Positions 1-18,034 of a DNA stretch of 64,000 bases are shown here, one piece after another; position 1 is the stretch's first letter; the number at the start of each line of letters is the position of its first letter. The DNA comes from the human T2T-CHM13v2.0 reference genome, Homo sapiens: assembly GCF_009914755.1 (NCBI RefSeq), contig NC_060928.1; one strand, given 5' to 3'. The position numbers were made by a program, and so were the translations under genes. The notes beneath the pieces were generated by a model. That model searched no databases, was not told the DNA's origin, and saw nothing but the letters and a program-made list of their open reading frames with translations.

Positions 1-624
<624 letters not shown>

Positions 625-649
625 ATGGAAAAGAAAAGAACATGTGCCG

Positions 650-2921
<2,272 letters not shown>

Positions 2922-5157
2922 TATATTAGTCAGTTTTCACACTGCTATAAAGAACTGCCTGAGACTGAGTAACTTATAAAGGAAGAGGTTTAATTGACTC
3001 ACAGTTCAGCATGGCTGGGAAAGCCTCAGGAAACTTACAATCATGGCAGAAGGCAAAGGGGAAGCAAGGCACCTTCTTCATAAGGTGGCAAGAAGGAGAA
3101 GTGATGAGTAACGGGGGAAGAGCCTCTTATAAAACCATTAGATCTCATGAGAACTCACTCGGTATCATGAGAACGGCATGGGAGAAACCGCCCTCATGAT
3201 TCAATTACTTCCACCTGCTCTGTCCCTTGACACGTGGGTATAATGGGGATTACAATTCAAGATGAGATTTGGGTGGGGACACAAAGCCTAACCATATCAT
3301 TTCATCCCTGGTCCCTCCCAAATCTCATGTCCTCACATTTCAAAACACAATCATGCCTTTTCAACAGTCCCCCAAAGTCTTAACTCATTCTAGCATTAAC
3401 CCAAAAGTCCAAGTTCAAAGTATCATCTGAGACAAGACAAGCAAGTTCCTTCCACCAATGAGCCTGCAAAATTAAAAGCAAGTTAGTTACTTCCTAGATA
3501 CAATGGGGGTACAGGCATTGGGTAAATACACCCATTCCAAGTGGGAGAAATTGGCGCAAATGAAGGACTACAGGCCCCATGCAAATCCAAAACCCAGTGG
3601 GGCAGTCAAATCTTAAATCTCCAAAATGATTTCCTTTGACTCCATGTCTCACATCCAGGTCACACTGATACAAGAGGTGGCCTCCCACAGCCTTAGGCAG
3701 CTCTTCTCCTGTTGCTTTGCAGGGCGCAGCCCCCCTCCCAGCTGCCTTCATGGGCTGGCATTGAGTGTTTGTGGCTTTTCCAGGCACACTGTGCAAGCTG
3801 TCAGTGGAACTACCATTCTGGGGTCTGGAGGATGATGGCCTTCTTCTCACAGCTCCACTAGGCAGTGCCCCAGTGCGGACTCTGTGTGGGGACCCCAACC
3901 CCACATTTCTCTTCCACACTGCTCTAAGAGAGGTTCTCCATGAGGGCTCTGCTCCTGCAGCAAATTTCTGCCTGGACATCCAGGCATTTCCATACATCCT
4001 CTGAAATCTAGATGCAAGTTTCCAAACCTCAATTCTTGACTTCTATGTACCTGCAGGCTCAACATCACATGTAAGCCTCCCAGACTTGGGGCTTTTCCCC
4101 TCTGAAGCAACAGCCTGAGCTGTATATTGGCCCCTTTTAGCCACAACTGGGTTGCAGGGCACCAAGTTCTGAGACCGCACAAAGCAGCAAGGCCCTGGGC
4201 CCACCCCACAAAACCATTTTCCCTTCTAGGCCACTGGGCCTGTGATGGAAGGGGCTGCCATGAAGACCTCTGACATGCCCTGGAGAAATTTTCCCCATTG
4301 TCTTGGCGATTAATATCTGGCTCCTCATTACTTATGCAAATTTCTGCAGCTGGCTTGAATTTCTCTTCAGAAAATGGGTTTTTATTTTCTAACACATTGC
4401 GTTAGAAATTAGCCTGCAATTTTTCTAAACTTTTATGCCCTGCTTCCCTTTTAAACAGATGTTCTAATTTCAAATCATCTCTTTGTGAATGCATAAAACC
4501 GAATGCTTTTACAAGCATCCAAGTCACCTCTGGAACACTTTGCTGCTTAGAAATTTCTTCTCCCAGATACGCTAAATCATCTCTCTTAAGTTCAAAGTTC
4601 TGCAGATCTGTAGGGCAGGGGCAAAATGCCACCAGTCTCTTTGTTAAAGCACAGCAAGAATCACCTTTATTACAGTTCCCAACAAGTTCCTCATCTTCAT
4701 CTGAAACCACCTCAGCCTGATTGTCCATATCACTATCAGCATTTTGGTCAAAGCCATTCAACAAGTCTCTAGGGAGTTCCAAACCTTCCCACATTTTCCT
4801 CTCTTCTTCTCAGTCCTCTAAACTTTCCCAACCTCTGCCTATTACCCAGTTCCAAAGTTGCTTCCACATTTTGGGGTATCTTTATAGCAGTACCCCACTC
4901 TCTGCAGTACCAATTTACTGTACTAGTCTGTTTTCATATGGCTATAAAGAACTGCCCAAGACTGGGTAATTTATAAAGGAAAGAGGTTTAATTGGCTCAC
5001 AGTTCAGCATGGCCAGGAAGGCCTCAGGAAACTTACAATCATGGCAGAACTTGAGAAGCAAGGCACCTTCTTCACAATGCAGTAGGAAGGAAAACTGCCG
5101 AATAAAGGGGGAGGAGCCTCTTATAAAACCATCAGATCTCATGAGAACTCACTCACT
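2922..5157 (-). mobile_element. MaLR provirus (THE1D/MSTA-type): LTR 2922-3299, internal 3300-4918, truncated LTR 4919-5157
   Basis: Two similar LTR copies (gctataaagaactgcc...gactg) flanking a typical 1.6-kb THE1-int region. Confidence 0.9.
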
Positions 5158-5191
5158 TGTTTAATATAAACCCTTATTAAACATAACAGGA

Positions 5192-5828
<637 letters not shown>

Positions 5829-5900
5829 AAAAACATACCATATAATCCTTTTTTATACCACATTTATTAATTCATCCAAAAATAGTGTTCTAGGGACCAC

Positions 5901-6250
<350 letters not shown>

Positions 6251-6849
6251 TGATCTTTGTGTGTCATGGAGGATACATTCTCAGTCTCCTCTCCCTCTTG
6301 TATGTATCCATTGTTTTTGAATTTCAAAATCTACATGTCAACAACCACATGTGGAAAATACTCTCCACTTAGGAAGGCTGCCAAGGGCCAAAAACTAGGT
6401 GTGTATATGTTTGGGCAAAATTCTGCAGCAAGATTTTTTTAGTGCAGGAAGCAAAAAAAGATTGATGAATCATTAACAAGGGTAATTGAGCAAAATATAT
6501 CAACAAGTTATTGCATTTAGCGGCAATGTTATGACTATTTTCCCATTAGCCCAGATCTCTGGTTATATGGGCTTTGAAAATGCTTAAATTACACATCTCC
6601 CGAGCTGGATTTTTCTGCAGCATAGGAATAAAACTCCTAAAGCTAGAGATACAACACTGGCAGTTTTTCATACCTCACAGAAAACCATCAAGGTCTTTGT
6701 CATCCTTCAAGTACTAACTTAAAATACAGCCTTCCCAGACCCCTCCCCAACAAAGAGAACAGATCTCTCTCCCTCTGGACCCTGACTTTTTCTGTTTATG
6801 CCTCTGCTGAAGCCCTTCCCCAGGCTAACTTGTTCCGTAGCCAGTTATG

Positions 6850-6975
6850 TCCGCATTGTTCCCTCCCACTAGACTGTGAGCTCCTCGAGGGCAGGAGCAT
6901 TCCTTCTTCATCTTGGTAGCCCCACAGCCAAGCACAGTCACTTGATGTAAGCTCCCATCGTTATTTGTTGACTCA
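6850..6975 (+). mobile_element. L2 3' end fragment
   Basis: ccactagactgtgagctcctcgagggcagg is typical of the L2 3' end. Confidence 0.7.
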
Positions 6976-7797
6976 AATTTGCTCACTTCAAGTGAAGGAA
7001 GACTGATAGTTTAAAGTCATACGACTATCATTCCTTACTTGCAAAGAAACTTGGCAACAGACAGGTGCTGAGCTGGTTTCTGCTGTAAGCAATCTTCAAG
7101 GCATTTCAAAAACGATGGTCTTCGAGGAGATTCCTTTGAGATAGGCAAAGGCATAGAATTTATTTGAGAATCCTGGAATGCAGGAAGGTTACAGGCTAAC
7201 TCAAAACCCAGAAAAAGCAATTGATCATGATTTTAGACAATAATTCTGTTGCAGCTTCTCCAGATTCATTGCTTTCCTTCCCCTCATTTCCCACCTCCAG
7301 TCTTGATTCCCCATCATTTACCAGTAGACTATTTGGCATAGTTTTAGGATATTTTGTTGGTAGCACAGAATACTTTCTACCCCATTTCAAACCTTCCCCG
7401 CGAGGCTCAATTAGTCAGAATAAACCAGATTATGAGGCAGTAACAGATAGCCCTCAAATTTAAGTGCCTTCATACCATAATAGTTTACTCTTCATGTTTG
7501 CTACATCTACTGTATGTCTGGGCAGCTCTCCAGGACAACTAAGGTCAATGCAGTAACTCAGCAAACTACATGTCCCTTGCCTTGTGGCTCTAACATCTCA
7601 AGACAAGATTGAAGAGAGTGTGTGGCAGTACCAACATCTGTATGTTCTATGCTTGGGCTCTGAAGTGAAACTGGACACATAGCTCCACCTACTGGCAAAG
7701 GACCTAGGAAATGTAATCCTCTGTGGACCCAGGAAGGAAAGAAAAACCAGATACTGATAAGCTCTGGTACTGTCTCTTCTAAGGGTTTCACAATAAC

Positions 7798-8148
<351 letters not shown>

Positions 8149-8580
8149 TAAAAATGTGCAAGTGCTCCACCCATCAAACCCATCCCTCTTGTAAAGCAGT
8201 GCCACGAACCACTACATGCACTTGGAAGGCAGATTAGAAGGGGCAGCTTGCTGCTCCCGCCAAAGATTAACCTAAGAAGACTAAGCCAGGACCAGTCTCC
8301 TCCACATCCCCTGAAGCAGAAACCTCCCCTGCACAGATCAGAAGGGGAAAGTGCAGCCTCCCTGCCTTTCTCACCTACAGTCTTATTTATGGGGTGGTGA
8401 GGGCGGGGGGCCTGTATGCCTATTTGTTTACCAGAGGTGTTTTAGCCTAATTGGTTAGGAAAGAAACAAAGCAATTAGACAAATAATTGGCCATTCCAGG
8501 ACATCCACCCTTGAAGAGTTCCCTGACAAGGAAAAGAAGATTCAAGAGTAAAGTTTGAAAGGTTTCAGCTTTCTTTCCAA

Positions 8581-8977
8581 TGTTAGAAGAAAAACCTTAG
8601 CCAAAGTAAATGTAACAGTTGAATTGAGCAAGAATGATTCATGAATCAGCCAGCCTCCAGAGCCAGAGTAGGCTCAGAGAGTCCAGAGCAGCCATAGGGT
8701 GGAAGAAGATTTATGAACAGAAAAAGGAAAGTGACACACAGGAAACAGAAGTGAGGTATACAAACAGCTGGACTGGTGACAGCTCAGGCATTTACCTTAT
8801 TTGAACACGGTTTGAACAGTTGGCACCCTTTGACTGGCCAAAACTCGGTGATTGGCACAAGAGTAGGTTACAGTCTGTTTATATCTCCGTTTAGGTTATA
8901 GTTCATGATGTACAGAGAAATCTTTAGGCTGAACTTAAAATATGTAAAGAGGCAGCTCTAGACTAAACTATTTAACA
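8581..8977 (-). mobile_element. ERV1 solo LTR (MER57-like)
   Basis: TG...CA termini with 4-bp TSD ccaa (8577-8580, 8978-8981); reverse complement starts tgttaaatagtttagtctagagctgcctc. Confidence 0.85.
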
Positions 8978-10846
8978 CCAAATTCAATAACTAATTTTAT
9001 TTTAATATAATACTTCTCTTTGCTTATAGATATTGGAATTCAACACCTCCAACAAATATTCATTGAATACTTAGAATATACCTGACTGCAGGAAATAGAA
9101 GCCCAAATATTTTTCAAACAACTATGATGTTCCAAGTTCCAAACTGTATGTTCTTTTATTTTATTTATTAAACTTTATTTTATCCTTTATTAAAGGATAA
9201 ATTACTTTATCCTTTTCGCATCCTTTGACGTTCTTACGATTGCTCCCATTTTGCAGAAAAATAAACTGAGGCTCAAAGAGTTGAGCAGTTTAGCCAAGTT
9301 CAGGGCTAGGAATAGTGGGAAAATGGGCATCTCAACTACATTGGTCTGGCTTATGATAATGGAGGCCCACATATTCATTCCAAATCAATTAAAACTTAGA
9401 AGTTGTTGGTTTAACAACCATTTTTAGACTTGGTATTACTTGAAAGTATAATCAAGGGATCATTTATTCATTAGAGTAACTACAGTTCTATTTGAATAAG
9501 CTGAATTTTTTTCATGCTAATTATGTCTTTTGTGTACTATCCATTATGGCATGATGATCTTTTCAACTTCATCCACTTCCCTTTCTCTGTAATAACTCAT
9601 TGAACAGAATGCAGTTCTATAAATGGTACAGGGATGTACTCCTATCCCAGGATTTAAAAAGATAATATTCATAAGGCACTTAACAAAATGCCCATAACTA
9701 AGTAATCAGTGTATAAAGATTATTTATTTTCTTTAGTAAAGTTGCAGAGCGTTGGTCCTTATGTCGTATAGTAAGTGAAAACCTAAAAAATAAAAACCCT
9801 AATACCTGATAAGAACTGTAAATATCACAAACCTATTAGAAGTGAGATAGAGATGGAGACCATTATATGTGTCTAAAATGACGCATCTTTAGCTTCAAAC
9901 ACACACTCATGGGGCTTAACAAGAGCAATTGTGTGTTCACTTATAGAAAGACAACAATCAAAACAAATTTAGAAATATTCTGAAAAGTTGGGAATCTGTT
10001 GTCAAAATTATGACTAAAAGGCAAGATATAAATAGAAGTTTTATAATATTTCTTAGCTTTTTTCTGAATGAACCCTCCCTTAATACTAGATAAGCCTATT
10101 GTTTAGATTTTCTTACATTTTATTTTATGCACATTTTCAGGAGCCATTTACACAAAATTAGGATACTGCCAGTGTGTACTTTTTTTACACAATAAGTCTA
10201 CTTTGTTCACTGTCTCCCCAGTATCCAAAGTAGTGTCTGGCACACAGCAGGCTCTCAGGAGGTCCTTGATGAATAAATGAATGACCAGATCTACATAGGA
10301 TAATGCATGTGACAAAGAGGAAAAAAAACTTCAAAAGCTAGAGCTGAATTCCCCTTAGGGAGATAGTTGCCCTTTTGTGGATAATCCATTGTGATGGTTA
10401 ATTTTATGTGTCAGTTTGCCTGGGCCATTAGATGCCCAGATATCTGGTCAAACGTTATACTGGGTGTGTCTGTGAGGGTGTTTCTGGATGAGATTAACAT
10501 TTGAATCAGTACACTAAGAAAAGAAGATTGCCTTCCCTAATGTGGGAGGACCCCATCCAATCAAATGAAGACCTTAACAGGACAAAAAGTCTGAATAAAG
10601 GGAAACTTCTCCTGCTTAACTGCCTTGAGCCAGGACATTGGTCTTTTCAGGCCTTAAGACTCATACTGAAACATCAGCTCTTTTTCTTTTTAGTTATTTA
10701 TTTTTAATTTTTTTAATTGACACATAATTGTACATATGTATGGCATACTTAGTGATATTGCAATACATATGTAAGGCATAGTGATCAGATCAGGGCAATT
10801 AATATAACCATCATGGCAAACATTTATCTTTTTTTTGTGTTGGGAC

Positions 10847-11448
10847 TGAGATGGGATTGTTTCCTTGACCTCGACCCCCTTTGTGGGCAGGAACTGGAGT
10901 GGCTCATTTCACTCAGCCTGCAGTCCATGGATGGCTAACTGTTAGCAGCTCAGTGAAGGGTCAGAGTGATAGCCTCCTGCACCTGTCCTTTTTGACACCT
11001 GAGTTCTTGTTCGGTATCCAGGAAGAATCAGGTCACATGAACTATTTGAAGGGTAGTGTATGTGGAGGATTTTACTGGGTGATAAAAGTGGCTCTCAGTG
11101 GGATGGGGAATTGGAAAGGGGGTGGTATGGGAAGAAGATGATCTTTCCCTGAAACTGAACCATCTGAAGTTAACTGCGTCTCCATAGTCTCTGATGCTCA
11201 GCTGCTTGTATCCCCAAAGTTCACCAACTTGTATCTCCGAGGCTCAGCAGCTTGCATCCCCAACCACTTGCACCAGCCACTTGTGTTGCTCTGCCAGATG
11301 AAGTCTTTTTATGGGCACAGGATGGGGGTGGGGAGGGCCAAAAAGGCAATTATTTGAGCAGAAAAAATGAGGTCAGCTGCTTTCACTTAGGGCCCAGGTT
11401 CCAGGCTTGAGGGTGGAGGTTAGCCAGGAGCCCAGCAATTCTGTATCA
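10847..11448 (-). mobile_element. ERV1 solo LTR (LTR27/LTR1-group) inside L1
   Basis: TG...CA ends, TSD ggac/ggaa; reverse complement starts tgatacagaattgctgggctcctggcta. Confidence 0.75.
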
Positions 11449-12174
11449 GGAACATTCAATGCTCTCTTTCTAGCTATTTGAAACTATATAAATTATTGTT
11501 AACTATAGTCATTCTACAGTGCTGTGGTAAACTAGAACTTATGCCTCCTATCTAACTGTAATTTTATAACCTTAACCAATCTCTTCCTATCCCCCTTTCT
11601 CTTTACGCTTCCCACCTTCTAGTCTCCTCTGTTCTATTTCTTACTTCTATGAGATCAACTATTTTTTAGCTTCCACATATGACTGAGAATATGTGGTGTT
11701 TAACTTTCTGTTCCTGACTTGTACTTAACAACATAATTTCCTCCAGTTCCATCCATGTTGCCGCAAATGACAGGATTTCATTCCTTTTTATGGCTGAATA
11801 GTGTTCCATTGTGTATATATGCCACATTTTCTTTATCTATTTATCTGTTGTTGAACACCTAGGTTCATTACATATCTTGGCTATTTTGAAAAGGGCTGCA
11901 ATAAACATGGGACTGCAGATGTCTCTTCAATACACTGATTTTCTTTCCTTTGGATAAATGGGACTGCTGGATCATATGACAGTTTTATCTGTAGCTTTTT
12001 GATGACCCTCCATACTCTTCTCCACAGTGGCTGTGCTAGTTTACATTCCCACCAAGAGTAAGAGTTCCCATTTCTCCACATCCTTGCCAGCATTTTTTCT
12101 TAATCTTCTTGATAATAACCATCCTAACTGGGGTGAGATGATACCTCACTGTGGTTTTGATATGCAGTTCTCTG

Positions 12175-12995
<821 letters not shown>

Positions 12996-13690
12996 TCTCC
13001 CATTCTGTAGGCTTTTTACTCTGTTGATTGTTTCCTTTGCTGTGCAGAAGTTTTTTAGTTTGATATAACAAAAGCAAAAATAAACAAATGGGATTGTATC
13101 AGGTATCAGCTTTTCTAGGGTCTTGAGCCTGTCAGCTCTCATACTGAAACCGCACCACTGGCTCTCCTAGGCCTCCAGCTTGCTGATTGCACATCTCAGG
13201 ACTTTTCATCCTCCATAGTCACACGAACCAATTCCTTATAACAAATCTCTTTCTTTAAATACATATATAAATGTGTAGTTTTATATACTGTTCTGTTTCA
13301 CTGGAGAACCCTGACTAGTACAGGCATTAAAGGGATTTTTATTTCCAGCAGGATGGAAGACCAGGTACTTCGAACTACCCTTCTAATGGAAAATCACTAA
13401 AATACGAAATGAAATCTTTTTTTAAACTATCTTTGAAATGCATCACTAAGTAAGCTGGCACAAATGTAAGGAATTTGCAGAGACAAAAACAAAGACAAAA
13501 GAATTAGGTCACCAAACTCTAAAACTAACTTTGACTATGAAGCTTTCTGCTGCACGCTAGAGACCCTGAAATTTGCTAGGTCATGCATTGCAGTGTGGGA
13601 AGGACTGGAAGACAAAACTAAAGGTCTGCACAAAGTGATCAACCCTTCTTGTTTTCACCCCTTTATAAGTTTGACTTCCAGTTTTTACTA

Positions 13691-16250
13691 AAGGCATACC
13701 TCCTTTTATTGCACTTTGCTTTGTTGCATATTTTGAAATTGAAGGTTTGTGGCAATCCTGTGTCAACTAAGTCTATTGGCATCATCATTTTTTCAACAGC
13801 ATATGTTCGCTTCATGTCTGTGTGTCACATTTTAGTAGTTCTTGCAATATTTCAAGCTTTTTCATTATTATTATATCTGTTATTGTGATCTGTGACCCAT
13901 AGTCTTCGATGCTACTATTATAATTGTTTTGGGGCACCACTAACCATGCCCATATAAGACAGTGAAATTAATTGATACATGTTTTATGTGTTCTGACTAG
14001 TCCACTTCCCTTTTGGGCTCCCTATTCCCTGAGACACAACAATATTGAAATTAGGACAATTAATAACCCTGCAATGGATTCCAAGTGTTCAAAAGAAAGG
14101 AAGAGTCACAGGTCTCTCACTTTAAATCAAAGGCTAGAAATGATTAAGCTTAGGGAAGAAGGCAGGTCAAAAGCCCAGCTAGGCCAAAGCTAAGCCTCTT
14201 GCACTAAACTGTTAATCAAGTTGTAAATGCAAAGGAAAAGTTTTTGAAGGAAATTAAAAGTACTACTCCAGTGAACACATGAATGGTAAGAAAGTGAAAC
14301 ACTCTTATTGCTAATATGGAGAAAGTTTCAGTGATCTGGATAGAAGATCAAGTCAGCCACAATATTCCCTTAAACCAAAGTCTAATACAGAGCAAAGCCC
14401 TAACTCTCTTCAGTTCTACGAAGGCTGAGAGAAGTGAGGAAGCTGCAGAGGAAAAGTTGGGGCCAGCAGAGATTGGTTCATGAGGTTTAAGAAAAGAAAC
14501 TCTCTCTGTAACAAAAACGCAAGGTGAAGCAGCAAGTGCTGATGAAGAAGCTGCAGCCAGTTATTCACAAGATCTAGCTAAGATCACTGATGAAGGTTAT
14601 TACACTAAGCAACAGATTTTCTTTTTTTTATTGTTATTATACTTTAAGTTCTAGGGGACATGTGCACAACGTGCAGGTTTTTTACATAGGTATACATGTG
14701 CCATGTTGGTTTGCTGCACCCATCAACTCGTCATTTACATTAGGTATTTCTCCTAATGCTATCCCTCCCCCAGCTCCCCACCCCCCGACAGGCCCTGGTG
14801 TGTGATGTTCCCCGCCCTGTGTCCATGTGTTCTCGTAAACAACAGATTTTCAATGCAAATAAAACAATCTTATTTTGGAAGAAGATGCCAAAATAGGACT
14901 TTCACAGCTAGAGAGGAGATGTCAATGCCTGTCTTCAAAGTTTCAAAGGACAGGCTGACTCTCTTGTCAGAAACTAATGCAGCTGGTGACTTTAAGTTGA
15001 AACCAGTGCTCATTTACCATTCCAAAAATCCTGGGGTCCTTAAGAATTATGCTAAATCTACTTTGTCTGTGCTCTATAAGTAGGGGGAAAAAGCCTGGAT
15101 GACAGCATGTCTGTTTACACATAATTTACTGAATATTTTAAGCCCACTGTTGAGATCTACTGCTCAGAACAAAATATTCCTTTCAAAATATTACTGCTCA
15201 TTGACGATGCACCTGGTCATCCAAGAGCTCTGATAGAGATGTACAAAGTGATTAATGCTCTTTTTATGCCTGCTGAAACAACATCCATTCTGTAGCACAT
15301 GGGTCAAGAATTCATTTCATAAGGCTCTAGCTGCCATCGATAGTGATTCCACTGATGGATCTGGGCAAAGTAAACTGAAAACCTTCTGGAAAGGATTCAT
15401 CTATCTAGATGGCATTAAAGACATGCACAATACATGGAAGGAGGTCAAAATATCAACAATAACAGGAATTTGAAAGAAGTTGATTCCAACCCTTATGGAT
15501 GACTTTGATGGATTCAAGACTTCAGTGCAGGAAGTAACTGCAAAAGTGGTGGAAATAACAAGAGACTACAATTCGAAATGGAACCTGTGGATGTAACTGA
15601 AATGCTGCAATCTCATGATCAAACTTGAATATATGAGGAGGTACTTCTTATAGATGAGCAAAGAATGTGGTTTCTTGAGATGGAATCTACTCCTAGTGAA
15701 GATGCTGTGAATATTGTTGAAATGACAAGAAAGGATTTAGAATATTACATCAACTTAATTGATAAAGCAGTGGCAGAGTTTAAGAGGATTGACTCCAATT
15801 CTGAAAGAAGTTCAACTGTGGATAAAATGCTATCAGGCGGCATCACATGCTATAAAGAAATATTTTGTAAAAAGGAGTCAATTGATGCAGCAAACTTCAT
15901 TGTTGTCTTATTCTAAGAAATTGCCAGAGCAACCCCAACCTTCGGCAACCACCACCCTGATCAGTCACCAGCCATCAACATCAAGACAAGACTCTCTGCC
16001 AGCAAAAATATTATGACTCTCTGAAAGCTCAGATAATCATTAGCTTTTTTAGCAATAAAGTATTTGTATGTAATGCATGTACCTTGTTTGTGAGATGTAA
16101 TGCTGTTGTATACTTAATACACTACAGTATAGTATAAAAATAACTTTTATATGTAATGGGAAACCAAAACATTGTTGGCTCACTTTATTGTGAATTGGCT
16201 TTATTGCAATGGTCTAGAACCAAACCCACAATATATCTGAGCTATGCCTA
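13691..16250 (+). mobile_element. Tigger1 (TcMar) near-full-length DNA transposon, transposase disrupted
   Basis: Ends aaggcatacctc / gagctatgccta with TA on the left; peptides SKDRLTLLSETNAAGDFKLKPVLIYHSKNP and RSLTLNQRLEMIKLREEG. Confidence 0.92.
14622..14835 (-). mobile_element. L1PA 3' fragment inside Tigger1
   Basis: tatactttaagttctag...; 16-bp TSD taa(g/a)caacagattttc at 14606-14621 and 14836-14851. Confidence 0.92.
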
Positions 16251-17659
16251 AATTAGTTTTACCTAGACTTAAAGCTGGTACTCTCAAAGAACTATAACTC
16301 ATTTGTAAAGGGGGACTAGACACCAATTTGTTGTTCAGAAGTAAAGTGTCTGAAAGAGGGGAGGAAAAGATGAGTGGAGGGAAGCCAAGCTCTCTGACCC
16401 CTCTTTCCACTGGACAACAAAGCCTCCTCACTTTCAGACTTATCCAGAGCACCTTAAAATTCTCAGTTAAAATAAGGCTCTTCCTGATTTATTGCTTTAG
16501 TTCAAGGATTACAAAGTAGAGCAGTGCCTTCATTTTAAGGAAACACTTAAACTTTATTAAAATTTTCTTTTCTTCATTAGATCATATACATACAGAAAAT
16601 TATTACCTGCTTAGGATTCTCTCCACTTTATAGAAATCTGCTGCCGTTGATTTCGGTGCAAAGAGCATGTTGCTTGGAGAAGCCACTAAAGTGGCAGTCA
16701 GTGAGCGTTACGACATCATCCATGGATTTGACATTGTGTTCAAGGAGTGTTTGGAAACTCAACCCCAAGTTCGGCAGAGAGTTTAATCACAATACTGGAG
16801 AAATGACATCTCTTTAAAAGCAAACATTATATTGATACCTCTAAAGGAAAAGGTGTGCAATTAAGGTTTCTTTTTAAATAATCAACTTGGTATAAACAAT
16901 AGAGGAAAGAATTCATAAGGCAATGGGTCTCTGAGAGGGAATAAAAGAAGAGAAAATATATTTTCAAGAAGCACCATGAAAAAGCAGAACTTCACATTCA
17001 ATTAGATTCTACATATATCTGTTAAGTATCTCCTATGTATAGGGAACAGAACTAGGCCAGAGCATTTAAAAAAAAAAAAAAAAAGGCCAGATAATGTCTG
17101 GATGCACGTACTCCATTCTAGTGCTACAATCAGTGATTATAATGTCCAATTCTCTTTTTTTAGTAAATTTTCTTACTGAAGTAATATACACGGAAAAGTT
17201 TATGAGAGTACAGCTCAATCAATCTCAACAAGGTGAAAAAAATCTATGTAATCACTAGTCAGATCAAGAAATAAAATATTATCAAAATTCATTGCTGCTT
17301 TGGCTGTTTTCTGAGGCCTTCAAGTGCCTGTTTTTCATAATTTTTCTAGCTTGTATACTTCTGTCAAGGGTTAATCCATCACGAACTGCTCCCTCATCCT
17401 CAAGCAAAAGTTCATTATACACTATTGAATTCTCACAAAACCTTGTGGGGTAGTACTATTATCCTAATGTTCACATTTCAGAAATTGAGTTCCAGAGATA
17501 CATCCTTTGCTCAAGAACACCAGCTGGTAAGGTTGGTAACCTGGAGCTAAGGTTTAAACTCCAGACTTGACTCCAGAGCTCCCACTTAACCATGATGCCA
17601 TATTGCTTTCCAAATAAGACACAGTCTTGTGCATAAGGAGTTTACAGGTTTTAAGATAT

Positions 17660-18034
17660 TGCTATAATTTGAATGTTTGTGTTCTCTCCAAAATTCATGT
17701 TGAAAATTATTCCCCAATGCTACAGTATTAATAGGTGGGGCCTTTATGAGGTGATCAGGCCATGAGCTTCACCCTCATGAATTGGATTAGCACACTTATA
17801 AAAGGGCTGGAAGGAAATAGCAAGGCCCTTTTTGCCTTCTGCCCTCTGCTGTCTGAGGACACAGCTAGAAGGTGCCATCTTGGAAACAAAGAGCAGGCCT
17901 CACCAGACATTGAGTCTGCTGGCACCTTGATCTTGGACTTCCCAGCCTCCAGAACTGTAAGGAATAAATTTCTATTGTTTATAAATTACCCAATCTCAGG
18001 TATTTTTTTTTTTAGACCAGCATGAACAAACTAA
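17660..18034 (+). mobile_element. MaLR LTR (MSTD/MLT1A-like)
   Basis: tgctataatttgaatgtttgtg...cttgatcttggacttcccagcctccagaactgt. Confidence 0.8.

Noticed and set aside
3494-4794. ORFs of 130-182 aa on the minus strand
   Set aside because: Fragments of the decayed THE1/MST internal region.
13972-16016. Intact or domesticated Tigger transposase
   Set aside because: Multiple stops and frameshifts, plus an L1 insertion.
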